Notes under the pieces: generated by a model
Told to the model about the DNA's origin: nothing
Databases searched by the model: none
What the model saw: the letters and a program-made list of their open reading frames with translations, nothing else
Translations under genes and position numbers: made by a program
Part shown: positions 12,623-25,680 of the stretch, one piece after another
Layout of the letters: each line of letters starts with the position of its first letter
How positions within the stretch are numbered: the first letter of the stretch is position 1
NCBI RefSeq assembly: GCF_001194135.2
Contig: NC_068999.1
Coordinates: forward strand, 28,927,342 to 28,978,362
Direction: 5' to 3'
DNA: 51,021 nucleotides
DNA from: Octopus bimaculoides
Taxonomy: Eukaryota

Positions 12623-12848
12623 TTAATCCTTTAGCATTCAGATTACGGTCAAATGTAATGCTTATTTGTTCACATTATTTTGAATTAATCATGCATTATC
12701 TTGTAGCCTTGAGATTTTGATGATGAGATTGTTTATTTTTAGAATGATATTGTAGTGTAGGTGTGAAAGGCTGGATCTGGCCAGTTTCAACATAAAACAG
12801 ACAGAATGCTTGGGCCAGATATGATTGGTTTGAATACTAAAGGGTTAA
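12623..12848 (+). mobile_element. piggyBac-like MITE with TTAA-flanked ends
   Basis: ttaatcctttagcattca..tgaatactaaagggttaa; interior shared with 13748-13976 and 27521-27728. Confidence 0.7.
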
Positions 12849-13747
12849 AAAGTATCCTTTGCTTTTAACTGTTTAATTACTAGTTAACAAAAGTTGACTT
12901 TTATTCAAGGAGACTACTTTAGTGAAAGCAGTGACAGCTAAACCTATGAATGACATAGATATTTGAGAAAAAAAATGTTTGGCCTTTGAAAGCCTCTTCT
13001 CCTAAGACCTCTAAGAATTGCTTTTCTATTGCATGTCCTGCTTATTATCTCCCAATCACCTCCCCCTTTTTAATTTTACTTTACCATACTGCTTTACTGT
13101 ACTCTACTGACTAGGGATTTCACTGCACCTATTTGAACGCACAAACACTCCACCTCACTCTCATTCTATTCCTTATCACTCTAGCTCTCCTGTCCCTCCT
13201 GAGGCATATGCTTAAGTGACCTCATCAGATATGCTTGTTCTATATATGCTCTACCTATACTCCCACTTAGGCTGATTGGAAAAGTACAGGCAGACATCCA
13301 TCATTCACCCTTAACATTTATCCACCTCTTATTCATCATGCTCTCGTCCTTCCTATCTTCTTAAGTGCTGGTGCTGTGATAAAATACACCTATTGTACTA
13401 TATTATGTGTGGAGTTGAGAGGACTCAAATTTGTCGAAAACATGACAATCTACCTAGTGCTGCTGCCATGAAAAGATGTACCCAGTACAATGGTTGGTGT
13501 TAGAAAAGGTATCCAGCTGCCGAAACCAAACTAAATATGAAACTCATGAGCAAGATGTAGTCTTCAGACCTATCTAATCCATGCCAGCAAGTTAAGTGCA
13601 AAATAAAATGTTACTTAACAAAAATTTTATTGCATATTTTCCCCATGCTTTCTTGTGACTGGAAACATTTTATATCCATTGAAAATAATCAGCATATATT
13701 GAGCTACTACTGAACTTTGAGATGGTGTAAAAAAAAAAAAAAAATGC

Positions 13748-13976
13748 TGAACCCTTTAACATTTAAACCAGCCATATCCGGCCAAAATATTCTACCTGTT
13801 CAAAGTTAAAACTGACCAAATCCAACCTCTTACACCTACCCTACAATGTCATTCTAAATATATACAATCACATCATCACAATATTGAAGCTATGGGATAG
13901 TGCCCAATAAATTCAAAACAACGTAAATAAATAAGCAATAGACTGGACAAAGAAATCCAAATGCTAAAGGGTTTAA
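13748..13976 (-). mobile_element. piggyBac-like MITE, same family, inverted orientation
   Basis: tgaaccctttaacattt..aaatgctaaagggtttaa; the interior is the reverse complement of 12623-12848, diverged. Confidence 0.65.
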
Positions 13977-14174
13977 GTGTTAAAATAATTTCAACAGATC
14001 CCAAACCCTTTTTTATCTGCTTAAAACCCAGAAATCAGCAAAATACATCTAGCTAAAGGGAAAGTGTAATAAATCTAAATGTCAGTAAAATCCAGAGTTA
14101 AAAGAAAAAGAAAATCTGAGAATGTAATAAACTAAATGAAATATATGAAGTAAAAATAAAGTAGAATTATTTAC

Positions 14175-14345
14175 CTTCAGTTTGGAGATCATATTTTTTT
14201 CTGAATCATCAGAGACACTTTTATTTAGCAGCAATCGCTTTGCTAAATGTTGTTTATAATATCTTTCAAATACATCTTTCTCTTGTAAGAACCGGAAGAG
14301 GACCATGCTTTTATCAAGTACGTTTTCTATTTCTTGTTCAGACAT
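14175..14345 (-). CDS. CUL3: Cullin-3 coding exon (human exon 9 equivalent): [22 protein letters not shown]
   Basis: 57 codons including [23 protein letters not shown]; acceptor ttttag, donor gtaaat; phase 0-0. Confidence 0.98.
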
Positions 14346-15098
14346 CTAAAATTATAACATTTTTAATGAGGTAATATATTAGAGAATTTTAAAATCTAAT
14401 ATAGTAATCATTTCTGTTTATTTAACAAAAACTCATCAGTAAAAGAGTGGATTTGGTAAAGGATCATTTTGATATAAGCAAGCAGGAGAGAAAACAATTA
14501 GAAGTGTCCATGTTACTGTTGCAATGGTATTTATCCACTCTCTTAGGAGTTTTGCTGTTTTATCAAAATCAATTTCTAATAAAATTGATAAGTAGGTTGA
14601 AGAAGGTTTGAACTAAAAGTACAAAGCAAACATGATTTAAAGTTATTATAATGTTCAGTGCAAGGCTTTTTTTTTCTTATATACTTCTGATGCTTTAAGT
14701 TGTTTAAACCAAAATTCCTCAAAGCATTTTATATTTTTTTTTTACACCACATGATTAACTCATGAAACCATTTAATTTAGTTATACAGTGTGAGAGAAAG
14801 TTCTTACTGTGCTTAATCTGAATATAAAAATAATGTCTTCATCTCATTGTTGTGAACCCTCCAGCCTTCATCAGGTGTCTATCATGTTTGGTAACCTTCT
14901 TGGGATTTCAAACTGAACTTTATAAAATTCATGGATATTGATTGTTCTCATTCTGTTATGCATACCAAGGAAATTCTATTATTAGTTATTCTCTTATTTA
15001 TGTAGTTTGCTTATTCTGACTGAATTAGAGCATATATTATTTGACTGAACCAGGGATTAAACATGTGCCAAATTAAACTACTACAATTAACACGTATC

Positions 15099-16530
15099 GG
15101 GGAAAAGCACCACTGATGCTATATTTCTGGTAAGACAGCTGCAGGAGAAATACCTAGCCAAAGATAAGCCTCTCTACCTGGCTTTCGTTGACATGAAAAA
15201 GCCTTTGACAGGGTCCCATGATCACTTATCTGGTGGTCAATGAGGAAACTAGGGATAGATGAATGATTAGTGAGAGCTGTGCATGACAGGGATGCTGTCA
15301 GTAAGGTGAGGGTTGGCAACGAATAGTGAAGAATTCCGGGTAGAGGTAGGGGTCCACCAAGGTTCAGTCCTCAGCCCTCTCCTATTTATCATAGTCCTCC
15401 AGGCAATAGCAGAGGAATTCAAGACAGGATGCCCCTGGGAGCTCCTCTATGCTGATGACCTTGCACTAATTGCTGAGTCACTATCAGAACTAGAGGAGAA
15501 GTTTCAGGTGTGGAAGCAAGGACTAGAATCGAAGGGCCTTAGAGTCAACCTAGTTAAAACCAAAGTCCTAATAAATAGGAAGGTAGACAAAACACAAACC
15601 CCTTCAGGTAGATGGCCCTAACTCGATTGTAGAAAATGTGTAGGTAGAAACTCTATAAGATGTACCCAGTGTAAGCTATGGACACATAAGAGGCGGNNNN
15701 NNNNNNNNNNNNNNNNNCGGAGCAATATCAAAGGAAGGCTAACTAGGAAGTTTGTTTTTGTATGTGGCAGATGTTCAGCAGCAATAAACACTGAAAATGT
15801 GCAGGAAACAACTTCTGTCACATTCCAGGGAGAAAAACTAGCTGTAGTTGATAGCTTCCGTTATCTAGGTGACCAAGTTAGTAGTGCAGGAGGGTGCGCT
15901 GAAAGTGTAGCTGCTAGAATAAGAATAGCCTGGGCAAAGTTCAGAGAGCTCCTACCTTTGGAAATATGCTGTGCTTGAGAAGACCCGGCAGGCTAAGTGA
16001 GACCATAACCTGTGGCCCATCCGGTGTAACCAGCCCATTTAGGCGTACCTTTCTTTCATTGGACACTAAACTATGCTTGTGAAGACCTGTTGAGGCAAGT
16101 GAAATTGGAATCGAATTCAATGACAGCACCGCATGACTGGCATCCGTGCTAGTGGAACACTAAGAACACCATCCAAGTGTGATCGTGACCAGGGCCGCTG
16201 CGTGGTCCCCGTGCTGTTGGCACGTAAAAAGTACCATTCGAGTGTGATCGTTACCAGTGTCGCCTTACTGGCACTTGTGCCAGTGGTACATGGAAAACAC
16301 CATTTGAGCGTGGCTGTTGCCAGTACCGCCTGACTGGCCCTCATGCTGGTGGCATGTAAAAGCACCCACTACACTCTCGGAGTGCTTAGCGTTAGGAAGG
16401 GCATCCAGCTGTAGAAACTCTGCCAAATCAGATTGGAGCCTGGTGCAGCCATCTGGCTCACTAGTCCCCAGTCAAACCATCCAACCTATGCCAGCATGGA
16501 AAGCAGACTTTAAACGATGATGATGATGAT
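15099..16530 (+). mobile_element. 5'-truncated RTE LINE with internal deletion, long 3' UTR and (GAT)n tail
   Basis: RT motifs VHQGSVLSPLLF and LYADDL; a deletion joins WAKFRELLP directly to the 3' UTR; ends gatgatgatgat. Confidence 0.93.
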
Positions 16531-17425
16531 TCAATATATCCAACTGTTGTAAGATAATTATGTGGAAGTAGAAATATGAAGCTTTAAACCCAACTTTCAT
16601 TTTATTTATTTTTTTATGGATGTAGGTTTAATGCTTTCTTAATAAAGGATTTCCCTATAGTAGCCATCTCCATGCTAAGCCATCAGTTGTTCCAATGTTG
16701 TTATTGACTTTCTTTCCATTCTCCTCACAAATGATTGACCATGTCTAATTTTTCTGTTTCCCCATGGAAGAAACTGTATGTATATCGTAGCCTACTTTAA
16801 TGTTAATTCAACTATATACCATGTAAAGTGGTCTTTCTTTATCAAGATCTGTAACAGCTTTCTTTCAGTTATCCAGGTTAGATCTTTAACTTGTAACTAT
16901 AGTCCCCAACAATGACTTAGTTCAGTCCCTGGATCAATCAAACAATAAATATTCTTATTCAACTGGAAGCAAGCAACATCATAAGTAAGGATATAACTAA
17001 TAACAGAATATGCCAGGCATGGACACTGGAATGTATTGTAAGAGGTAATAAAAAAGTTGGTGCAGAAATGGCATTAAGCTGCAAAACACTACTTCAGAAA
17101 AACATTCTGAAGTAGTGTTTTGCAGCATGGAGAAGTGACATTTAAAAAAGAAAAAAAAAANNNNNNNNNNAAAAAAAAAAAAAAAAAAAAAAAGGTTATA
17201 ATAATGTTAGATTTAATAAAGGATTCAATTTGAAATTCTAGAAATGTTATCAAATATGACAGGCACCTGAAGAAGGCAGGAAGATACAACAGCTAAAACA
17301 CTGTAACTGCAACAACTGAGATAATCATTCCTAATCTCAGAAATTCAGATAAAATTTAATATGAATAAGAAACAAATAAATACTGGTAACTCCTATTTAT
17401 ATCTAATTGTTAAAAATTAACATAC

Positions 17426-17602
17426 CCCTTTAACACCTTTTTTCAATTTATCATCAATAAACAGAGAGAGATATTCAGGAGATCTTGTATTCAAATTAAT
17501 GAAATATTCAAAATCTCCAGATATAACTTGTTTAAACTGTTTGTCGTCATTGAAAGACTCGTGCAGAAAGTGATCAAATCTATCCTTAAGGTCCAAGAGG
17601 CT
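17426..17602 (-). CDS. CUL3: Cullin-3 coding exon (human exon 8 equivalent): [31 protein letters not shown]
   Basis: 177 nt; acceptor tttcctgtttcag, donor gtatgt; not listed in the ORF track. Confidence 0.97.
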
Positions 17603-18499
17603 CTGAAACAGGAAAAAGAATCATAACTAAAAAAAAATATTATATAATGATTTACATATGCCTCTATTTAAAAAAAAACAAAATGACAATGTATACAGTA
17701 GGTCCCACATCGTGGGACTTATATGGAAGTTGGTAAAGTGCTCCAGTAACGTTTTAACTAGTGGTGACAGCCACATTGGTCGACGTTCAGTCACTAGTTT
17801 ATCTTTCACCGTTTTTTTTTTTTTTGTGGCAGTACTTAGTCTTAATAATGAAAATGTGACAAGATTTTAGATAACATGTTTTACAACTATATAACTGCAT
17901 TGAAGCACATCCAAGCTCTAAAATTAGAGATTGTATAAAAATTCCTTATAGGTGTTCTCAATAGCAAATAAATTTATTTGGCATTTACATGAAATGAGAA
18001 ATTTCCTTAGAATGAGTCAGTGAAAACCATCACAGATTAATTAAAGCCTGGCATTTGGCATTCTTGTTACTTCCAATGTATTTCAGAATTATTTCTGAAT
18101 TCCTTCTTAGGTACTTGCAACAGTGTTAAATCTTCACAGTTAGCACACCCATTTTCTTGTATGCAGACAATTGCACTTGGACAGAATCTTCTAAAACAAC
18201 TCCAGCCTTTTAGATATTCTTACAAAGGTTGCATAAATACTTTTTGGCTATACCAAAATTTTTAAAAACTAGTACATAAAATTATTGATTTGACTATGAA
18301 AATCAAGTTTCAAGAGAACGCAGGGCACAACTCCTGACACAACCTGTGGGACTATAAAAAAAAGCCCTGAAAATTTCTTATTAAACTCGTTGACTACACC
18401 CATGAAAATAACTTGTATGAATCTCATAAGCCAACCTTAGTTCCCTTAGCAAACACCTGATTACAGAGGGTGCATCTCTGCCAAATGCCTTCAATAGGT

Positions 18500-19990
18500 T
18501 GTCAAATGCTAGGCACAGGATTCACCATTGGCTTCTCACTAGAAAGACAGTGTCAGTAGTAGTTCTTCCTGGCACAAAGCCAAACTTCCTAATCTACTGC
18601 GCTTAACTTTTTCTCTAACTTTCATAATCTGGTTCAAAATTTTGATGTCTCTGCAACTACATCTCTTGTGTATCTTTTTTGCCCTTATGACAGTTGCTGC
18701 TGATGTTGCTACACCAGTGATTGAATGATACCTTACTGTACTACCCGACTGACTATGCAAGTGACTAGCATGTGCATTATTTTGTCAATTATTTTAATAA
18801 TCTCAGTGGCTTTTCGTAAAGAACTAGTTGCTAGCATATCCTTAATTGCACTTAATTTCTTTCAATTTGAATAGCTAGTTCTTCTGTTAGGTCTACTTTG
18901 GAAAGATATTCTCTCTAGCATTCTCTCCATTTGACAATCTCTTGAAATAGCATTTCCATACCTCTTTCTTTTTGATACCAGTGTGCCATTTCATTTACTC
19001 TTCTCAATGTCTTGATCTCTCTGATATACTGCCTTGCAATCTGGAACACCTTATGCTGCAGAACGTTCACAAACCTCTTGCTTTTTGCTTTTCCCCTTGT
19101 AAAGAACACCTAACATCTCACTTCTATTTTAGTTACCCCACCACTTGGTCTTTCTAAAACTATCTCTTAATTGCCATGACTATCTATAGTACTAGCCCAC
19201 CATAATGTTATTTGCATCTGGTTGGAGTCTTTCTCTAAAACTAGACATGGCCTGTAGTCCATAGTGGATTGTCTCAGAGGAACTTTCAGCTGTCCTCTAC
19301 ATTATAAGAGTTCATATATTCACTCCCTTATTATATGCATTAACTAATACTTATCTGAATCTACAACCATTTGATGGCATTTTAAGCTCTCATATCATCC
19401 TTCTCAAACTGAGTGTGTCTTTGAACCCATCTGATTCATAATTTGAAGTCACTAATTAATCTATGTTGAATGGCACATTCTTCACTAAAGAAAGAAAAAA
19501 ATGAGGTCTATTTGGTTTGTGTGATCTGATTGATAGGTGATCAGATGGCTGGTTAGTTTTGCAAACTGTTAAGTCATTAATATCAGAGAACTCCAGGAGC
19601 TCTAATCTCTCCTCATTTCTTCAATCATAGCCCTCATGCACACCATACAATTCAACCTGATATTGCCCAACATATTCGTTCAAGTTATCAGCCATGATAA
19701 AGCTGTTGTCATTTGTTATGGAGATAGTATGCAGAAGGGCTTCACAACAGTGATCCTTCTATTTACCTGTTGGTCCAAATTGCAGTACACATGCAGAGAT
19801 ACCCTTGTCGTGTTCGGGACTTGTCTAAGATTTATTATTCTACTATACTTTGATGACCTCAATTACTTTAGTCAGTTCTCCTACTCTACACTGTCACTAT
19901 TACCCATCTAGAACAATTTGTACCTGTGCTCCTTGCTCATCAGGAGTCTGGCTAAGCAACACTTCATCTTAATCCTTGAACACAGTACAC
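18500..19990 (-). mobile_element. Ancient, highly decayed RTE LINE (endonuclease region)
   Basis: The minus strand near 19500-19650 reads GVHEGY..RNEE..LLEFSDINDLTVC, homologous to the APE of the younger RTE copies. Confidence 0.65.
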
Positions 19991-20281
19991 ATTTATTTGC
20001 CACTGCTCTTGCATATCTACAATCACTCTGAACTTCACCATAGTAATTTTGAAAAATAGTCATTGTAATTTAAATTATTAAACCCTTTCACAAGCCACAG
20101 AGCTTTTGTAGAATTAAGTGGATAAGACACAGATCTGTTACTGATAGAACATTAGTCTACTACAAGTAGTTCCTTGTCCAAATACATCATCTTCATAAAA
20201 TTTATTACTGATAATCTATATCCAAAAATATTTAACAATATTTTAATTGAAAATAGAAACACATAAAAGTATAATACATAC

Positions 20282-20430
20282 TTGAATATAGGATATTGCG
20301 TTTTTCCCATCTTCCCCTTCTTCTGAGACAAGTGCTTTGCCTTGTTCTCTCAAATAGGCACTGCTACAATCACACATTGTTTTCAAACCCTCTGGAACTC
20401 TTATAAATAGTTTATACATACAGGCCAAAT
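20282..20430 (-). CDS. CUL3: Cullin-3 coding exon (human exon 7 equivalent): (D)[29 protein letters not shown]
   Basis: 149 nt, phase 1-0; acceptor tttgttttgtag, donor gtatgt. Confidence 0.97.
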
Positions 20431-20819
20431 CTACAAAACAAAGATTAACATTTTATATAATACTTAAATATAATGGAAAGATAACAGACTTTACTGTTGA
20501 TTAGTAAGCTAACAGCTGAAAGTGAAAAGACAGAATAATTCTATAAGTGTTGAAAAGGTAAGAAAATGTTTTATAAAAATTTAATTATGATATATAAAAC
20601 ACTTAAATGGAAATGGTTTGGAAAAATAAGGGAACTGGTCAAAGCATGTTATGGATATAAGGTATATGGCATCTAATCAGAACTGTTTGTGAAATTCCAG
20701 ATTTTTCAGTTGTTTCTTAAATTGACTGCAATAAAAGTTGTATTTAATAATAAGATCATAACTGAAGTTACCCATTTTAATATAATTATGAGGAATTACA
20801 AAGAATATGCCAATATTCA

Positions 20820-23800
20820 ATCATCATCATCATTTTTTAACGCCCGCTTTCCATGCTAGCATGGGTTGGACAATTTGACTGAGGACCGGCGAACCAGATG
20901 GCTACACCAGGCTCCAATCTGATTTGGCAGAGTTTCTACAGCTGGATGCCCTTCCTAACACCAACCACTCTGAGAGTATAGTGGGTGCTTTTATGTGCCA
21001 CCGGCACGAAGGCCAGTTAGGAGGTACTGGTAACGGCCAGGCTGAAAATGGTGTATTTTACGTGCCACCTGCACAGGAGCCAGTCCAGCGGCACTGGCAA
21101 CGACCTTGCTCGAATGTTTTTTCACGTGCCAGTGAGACGACGCTGGTAACGATCATGCTCAAATGGTGCTATTTACGTGCCAATGGCAAGGAAGCCAGAC
21201 AGCTGCTCTGGCAATGATTACGCTTGGACGGTGCTCTTAGCGCTCCACTGGTACAGGTGCCATCACGATTTCGATTTCACTTGCCCCAACAGGTCTTTGC
21301 AAGCACAGTTTAGTGTCCAAAGAAGGAGAGGTTGGTATGGGCTCCAATTCGATTTCACTTGCCTCAACAGGTCTTCGCAAGCAGAGTTTAGTGTCCAATG
21401 AAGGAAAGGCACGCATAAGTGGGCTGGCTACACCCCTGGCAGAGGCCTCAGATTATGGTCTCACTTGGCTTGCCGGGTCTTCTCACGCACAGCATATTTC
21501 CAATGGTCTCGGTCACAAGTCATTGCCTCGGTAAGGCCTAATGTTCGAAGGTCGTGCTTCACCACCTCATCCCAGGTCTTCCTGGGTCTACCTGTTCCCT
21601 CGACTTTTTCACACAGCTATCCTGATCCATTCTCACCACATGACCATACAAGCGCAATCGTCTCTCTTGCAAACCACAACTGATACTTCATAGGTTCAAC
21701 TTCTCTCTCAAGGTACTTAACACTCTGTCAAGTATGCACACTGACATTACACATCCATCGGAGCATATTGGCGTCATTCCTTGCGAGCTTATGCATGTCC
21801 CCAGCAGTCACGGCCAATGTTTCACTGCCATGTAGCATGGTTGTTAATACACATGCGACATAGTCTGCCTTTTACTCTGAGTGAGAGTCCCTTTGCCACC
21901 AGCAGAGGTAAGAGCTCTCTGAACTTTGCCAAGGCTATTTTTATTCTAGCAGCTACACTTTCAGCGCACCCTCCTCCACTACTAACTTGGTCACCTAGAT
22001 AACGGAAGCTATCAACTACAGCTAGTTTTTCTCCCTGGAATGTGACAGAAGTTGTTTCCAGCACATTTTTAGTGTTTATTGCTGCTGAACATCTGCCACA
22101 TACAAGAACTAACTTCCTAGTTAGCTTTCCTTTGATATTGCTCCACCTCTTATGTGTCCATAGCTTACACTGGGTACATCTTATAGAGTTTCTACCTACA
22201 CATTTTCTACAANNNNNNNNNNNNNNNNNNNNNNNNNNNNNNNNNNNNNNNNNNNNNNNNNNNNNNNNNNNNNNNNNNNNNNNNNNNNNNNNNNNNNNNN
22301 NNNNNNNNNNNNNNNNNNNNNNNNNNNNNNNNNNNNNNNNNNNNNNNNNNNNNNNNNNNNNNNNNNNNNNNNNNNNNNNNNNNNNNNNNNNNNNNNNNNN
22401 NNNNNNNNNNNNNNNNNNNNNNNNNNNNNNNNNNNNNNNNNNNNNNNNNNNNNNNNNNNNNNNNNNNNNNNNNNNNNNNNNNNNNNNNNNNNNNNNNNNN
22501 NNNNNNNNNNNNNNNNNNNNNNNNNNNNNNNNNNNNNNNNNNNNNNNNNNNNNNNNNNNNNNNNNNNNNNNNNNNNNNNNNNNNNNNNNNNNNNNNNNNN
22601 NNNNNNNNNNNNNNNNNNNNNNNNNNNNNNNNNNNNNNNNNNNNNNNNNNNNNNNNNNNNNNNNNNNNNNNNNNNNNNNNNNNNNNNNNNNNNNNNNNNN
22701 NNNNNNNNNNNNNNNNNNNNNNNNNNNNNNACGAACCCAAACTGCATCTCATCTAAACTGACTCTCTCCCTAACTAGTTCGGCTATGACTCTCTCTGTGA
22801 CTTTCATTACCTGATCCAACAACTTGATACCTCTGTAATTATTTGTATCTAAAGTGTCACCTTTACCTTTGTAGCAGTTGACTATGGTGCTGCTACACCA
22901 GTCATTGGGTACGACTCCTTCGTGCATCACCTGGTTAAGAATACGGGTGACTAGGCTATAGCCAACACTGCCAGATATTTTGAGCATCTCTGCAGTGATT
23001 CCTGATGGGCCGGGGGCTTTCCCTGTCTTCATACTCTTAATTGCTTTATCTACCATGGTACTGTCAACTCGGATAGCTGGTCCCTCTGTTCGATCGACAT
23101 TCGGCAGACTATCTTTCTCCCATTCATTCTCTTTATTGAGCAATCTTTTGTAGTGGCGTCTCCAAACCTCTTTCTTTGCAGCCTCGTTTAGTGCAAGTGT
23201 ACCATCATCCATGCGAACACATTTCTCTCCTGCGACATCACGATTCTCTCTCACACATTGTCTTGCAACACGAAATACCTCAAGAATTTGGTCCTCATGG
23301 CACAGAACATTGGCAAATTTTTTCTTATCTGCTTCCCCTCTGGTTAAATAAACCTGTCACATAGCTTCCCTTCTGGCAGTCTGATACAATTTCTTGCTAC
23401 CACCATTCTTCCAGTCCTTCAAAGCCTGTTTCTTTTGTCTAATAACCCTGTCAACAACATAGTTCCATCACCATGTTATTTTGGATTGAGAGGTGACTTT
23501 GCACCGTCCACAGATCTGGTCAGTGGCCCTCAGCAGGTTGTCCCGTAGAAACCTCCAGTTGTCTTCTACATTGTGTGAAGCTATATCCCCTTCTATTTCC
23601 TCAAAGGCTTTGAATAATAGGTCTCTAAATCTCTGTCTATTCGCAGGATCTTTAAGCTTCCAGACCCTTCTCCTCCATGTTGGTCGTCTTCTGGGCAACC
23701 ACTTAGCCCTGATCCTGAAGTCACTAACTACCAGTCTATGTTATGGGGTACATTCTTTGCCTGGGAAGGTTTTTGCATTTATAAGCAGCCATCTTTCCCT

Positions 23801-24075
23801 TTTCCTGGCGAGGATGTAGTCAATTTAGCTAGTGTGTCTGCCAGAACGGTAGGTGACTGGCAGGTTTCCTGAAGTTAGTATTGCAGACCATAAGGTCATT
23901 TGCATCACAGAACTCCAGCAGCCTGGTTCCCTCCTCATTGCGGGAACTAAAACCATAGCCTTCATGTACGCCATGGAAGTCCCCTGAATGTTGTCCAACA
24001 TGTCCATTGAAGTCACCAGCCACAAAGAGAAGGTCCCAGTCATTAGTCAACGAGGTAGTCTGCAAGAGGGTGTCA
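20820..24075 (-). mobile_element. Long RTE LINE (APE, RT and 3' UTR), decayed, with an N gap at 22213-22730
   Basis: VAGDFNGHVG, QIDYIL, NNYRGIKLLDQVMK and DEMQFGF; tail catcatcatcat at 20820. Confidence 0.95.
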
Positions 24076-25680
24076 TCTAACTGTAAAAATGTCTGGCAAC
24101 TTACATTTTTAGCTGAACCATTAAAAACTGTGAGAGAGACGTGTATGTTATACCAAATTAAAATAAAGGTATAGACAAACAGCTTTGTTTATATTTTATT
24201 TAAATTTGGAGAGTTTTAAAAACAGAACTTTAGAAATAAAAGTATCTCATTTTGAATTGCTTTTACATTTTACTTATCTGTATTATTTTCCTTGTGGATA
24301 CAAGAAGTTTTAATTTTATAAGCAAAATGTAAATAAAGTCAATCGAGTCATACACACTGTTACTGCTCTTTTCATTAAAATAATTATTGTTCATCTTTCA
24401 ATATTTAAAAAATAAAGCTTGTTCCACTACTCAGTGTATTCTTTCCAAATAGAAATAAATTGAAATGTTTTGTCATCAGATGTCTCATAAATAGACAATG
24501 AAAATAAAATTGAAGCATCTTCCAGACTAAGCCATCAAATAGCTTTTGCTAGAGAAATGCATATTAATGGATACTGTTTCATAATAAAGATGCAGGAGAT
24601 AGGAAGTTAGTTTCATCTGAAATTCTTAGAGCTAAGCAGTTAACAGAAACCATTCACGTATATTCCACTATACTTTTCATACAAAAATCTAAAACTCCCA
24701 ACTGAACTCAGCTAGAACACATTAGGCACTTACTCCAACACTTTACACTTTCTTTATAGCTCAACAAATTCTATAGTGATAAGTTTGTCCTGGATATAAC
24801 TTCAAACTACATCTGGTAGTGGGGTCCTGGTTCAGGAATTCCAGGGTTTTGAAGAATGTGGAACCACCCTCAGCCACTATTGTTCTCAGGTCTACTAAGA
24901 CTCCAAGCAGTAGTAACTATCAGGGCCCCAGCTATAGGTTAATTAGCGTGTTATGGAAGAAATTCCAAGCACAAACCCTCACCGCTTTGTGTGTGCCTCA
25001 ACAGTAAATCAAGAAGTGGAGACTTTCAAGCAGTTTAGTGCTTTCTTTGACACCCTTCTGGCAACTCCAGAGTAAGTGGCTCTCTCCAGTCCTGTAAAGG
25101 GATTCACCTAGGAAGGCCACTCAAAAGTAAAATGTACAACTTACTGGTCACTGCAGCTGTCTTAGCCCACTGAACTATTGTGGTCTGACCTTCAAGTCTA
25201 AAGAGTGGGATTGGATTGCATAGACTCGCACTTAATTGCCAATACATATTTTCATCACTAACAAAGACCTTGCAAACAACACTTTCATAAATGACCAATC
25301 AAATCTACCTTCCACCTTAAAGAAAAGGTCATGTTAGATCATGGAGTCCTCTATATGCCCCTTAAAGGACAGAAAGATCATGGCTGGAATGCTTTTGATC
25401 ATAGAGCTGCTCAATCAGGGTTGATCTGGAGTAAAACAGCAGAAACCCAAACTGCCTCCACAAGCCATTTGTCATCAATTAACTTCCTCAATGCACACTG
25501 AACAATATAGGATTGAATGCTAGTAACTTCTCTATAACAATTGCAAAATGGAATCATAACTACAAATTTAGTATCTAGGATTATAAATATTGATACGACT
25601 CCAATGATTTTGTATCAAATTTGTTATAACTACCAATTTCATAATTAAAGTTGTTAATTTAAGGTCTGTAATTGTATACA

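Noticed and set aside
14082-14174. ORF extensions beyond CUL3 exons (also 20243-20281 and 40801-40893)
   Set aside because: Intronic read-through past clear GT donors; similarity to CUL3 stops at the donor
15940-16530. Repeated GC-rich units as a possible CRISPR array
   Set aside because: Eukaryotic LINE 3' UTR modules with no constant repeat-spacer period
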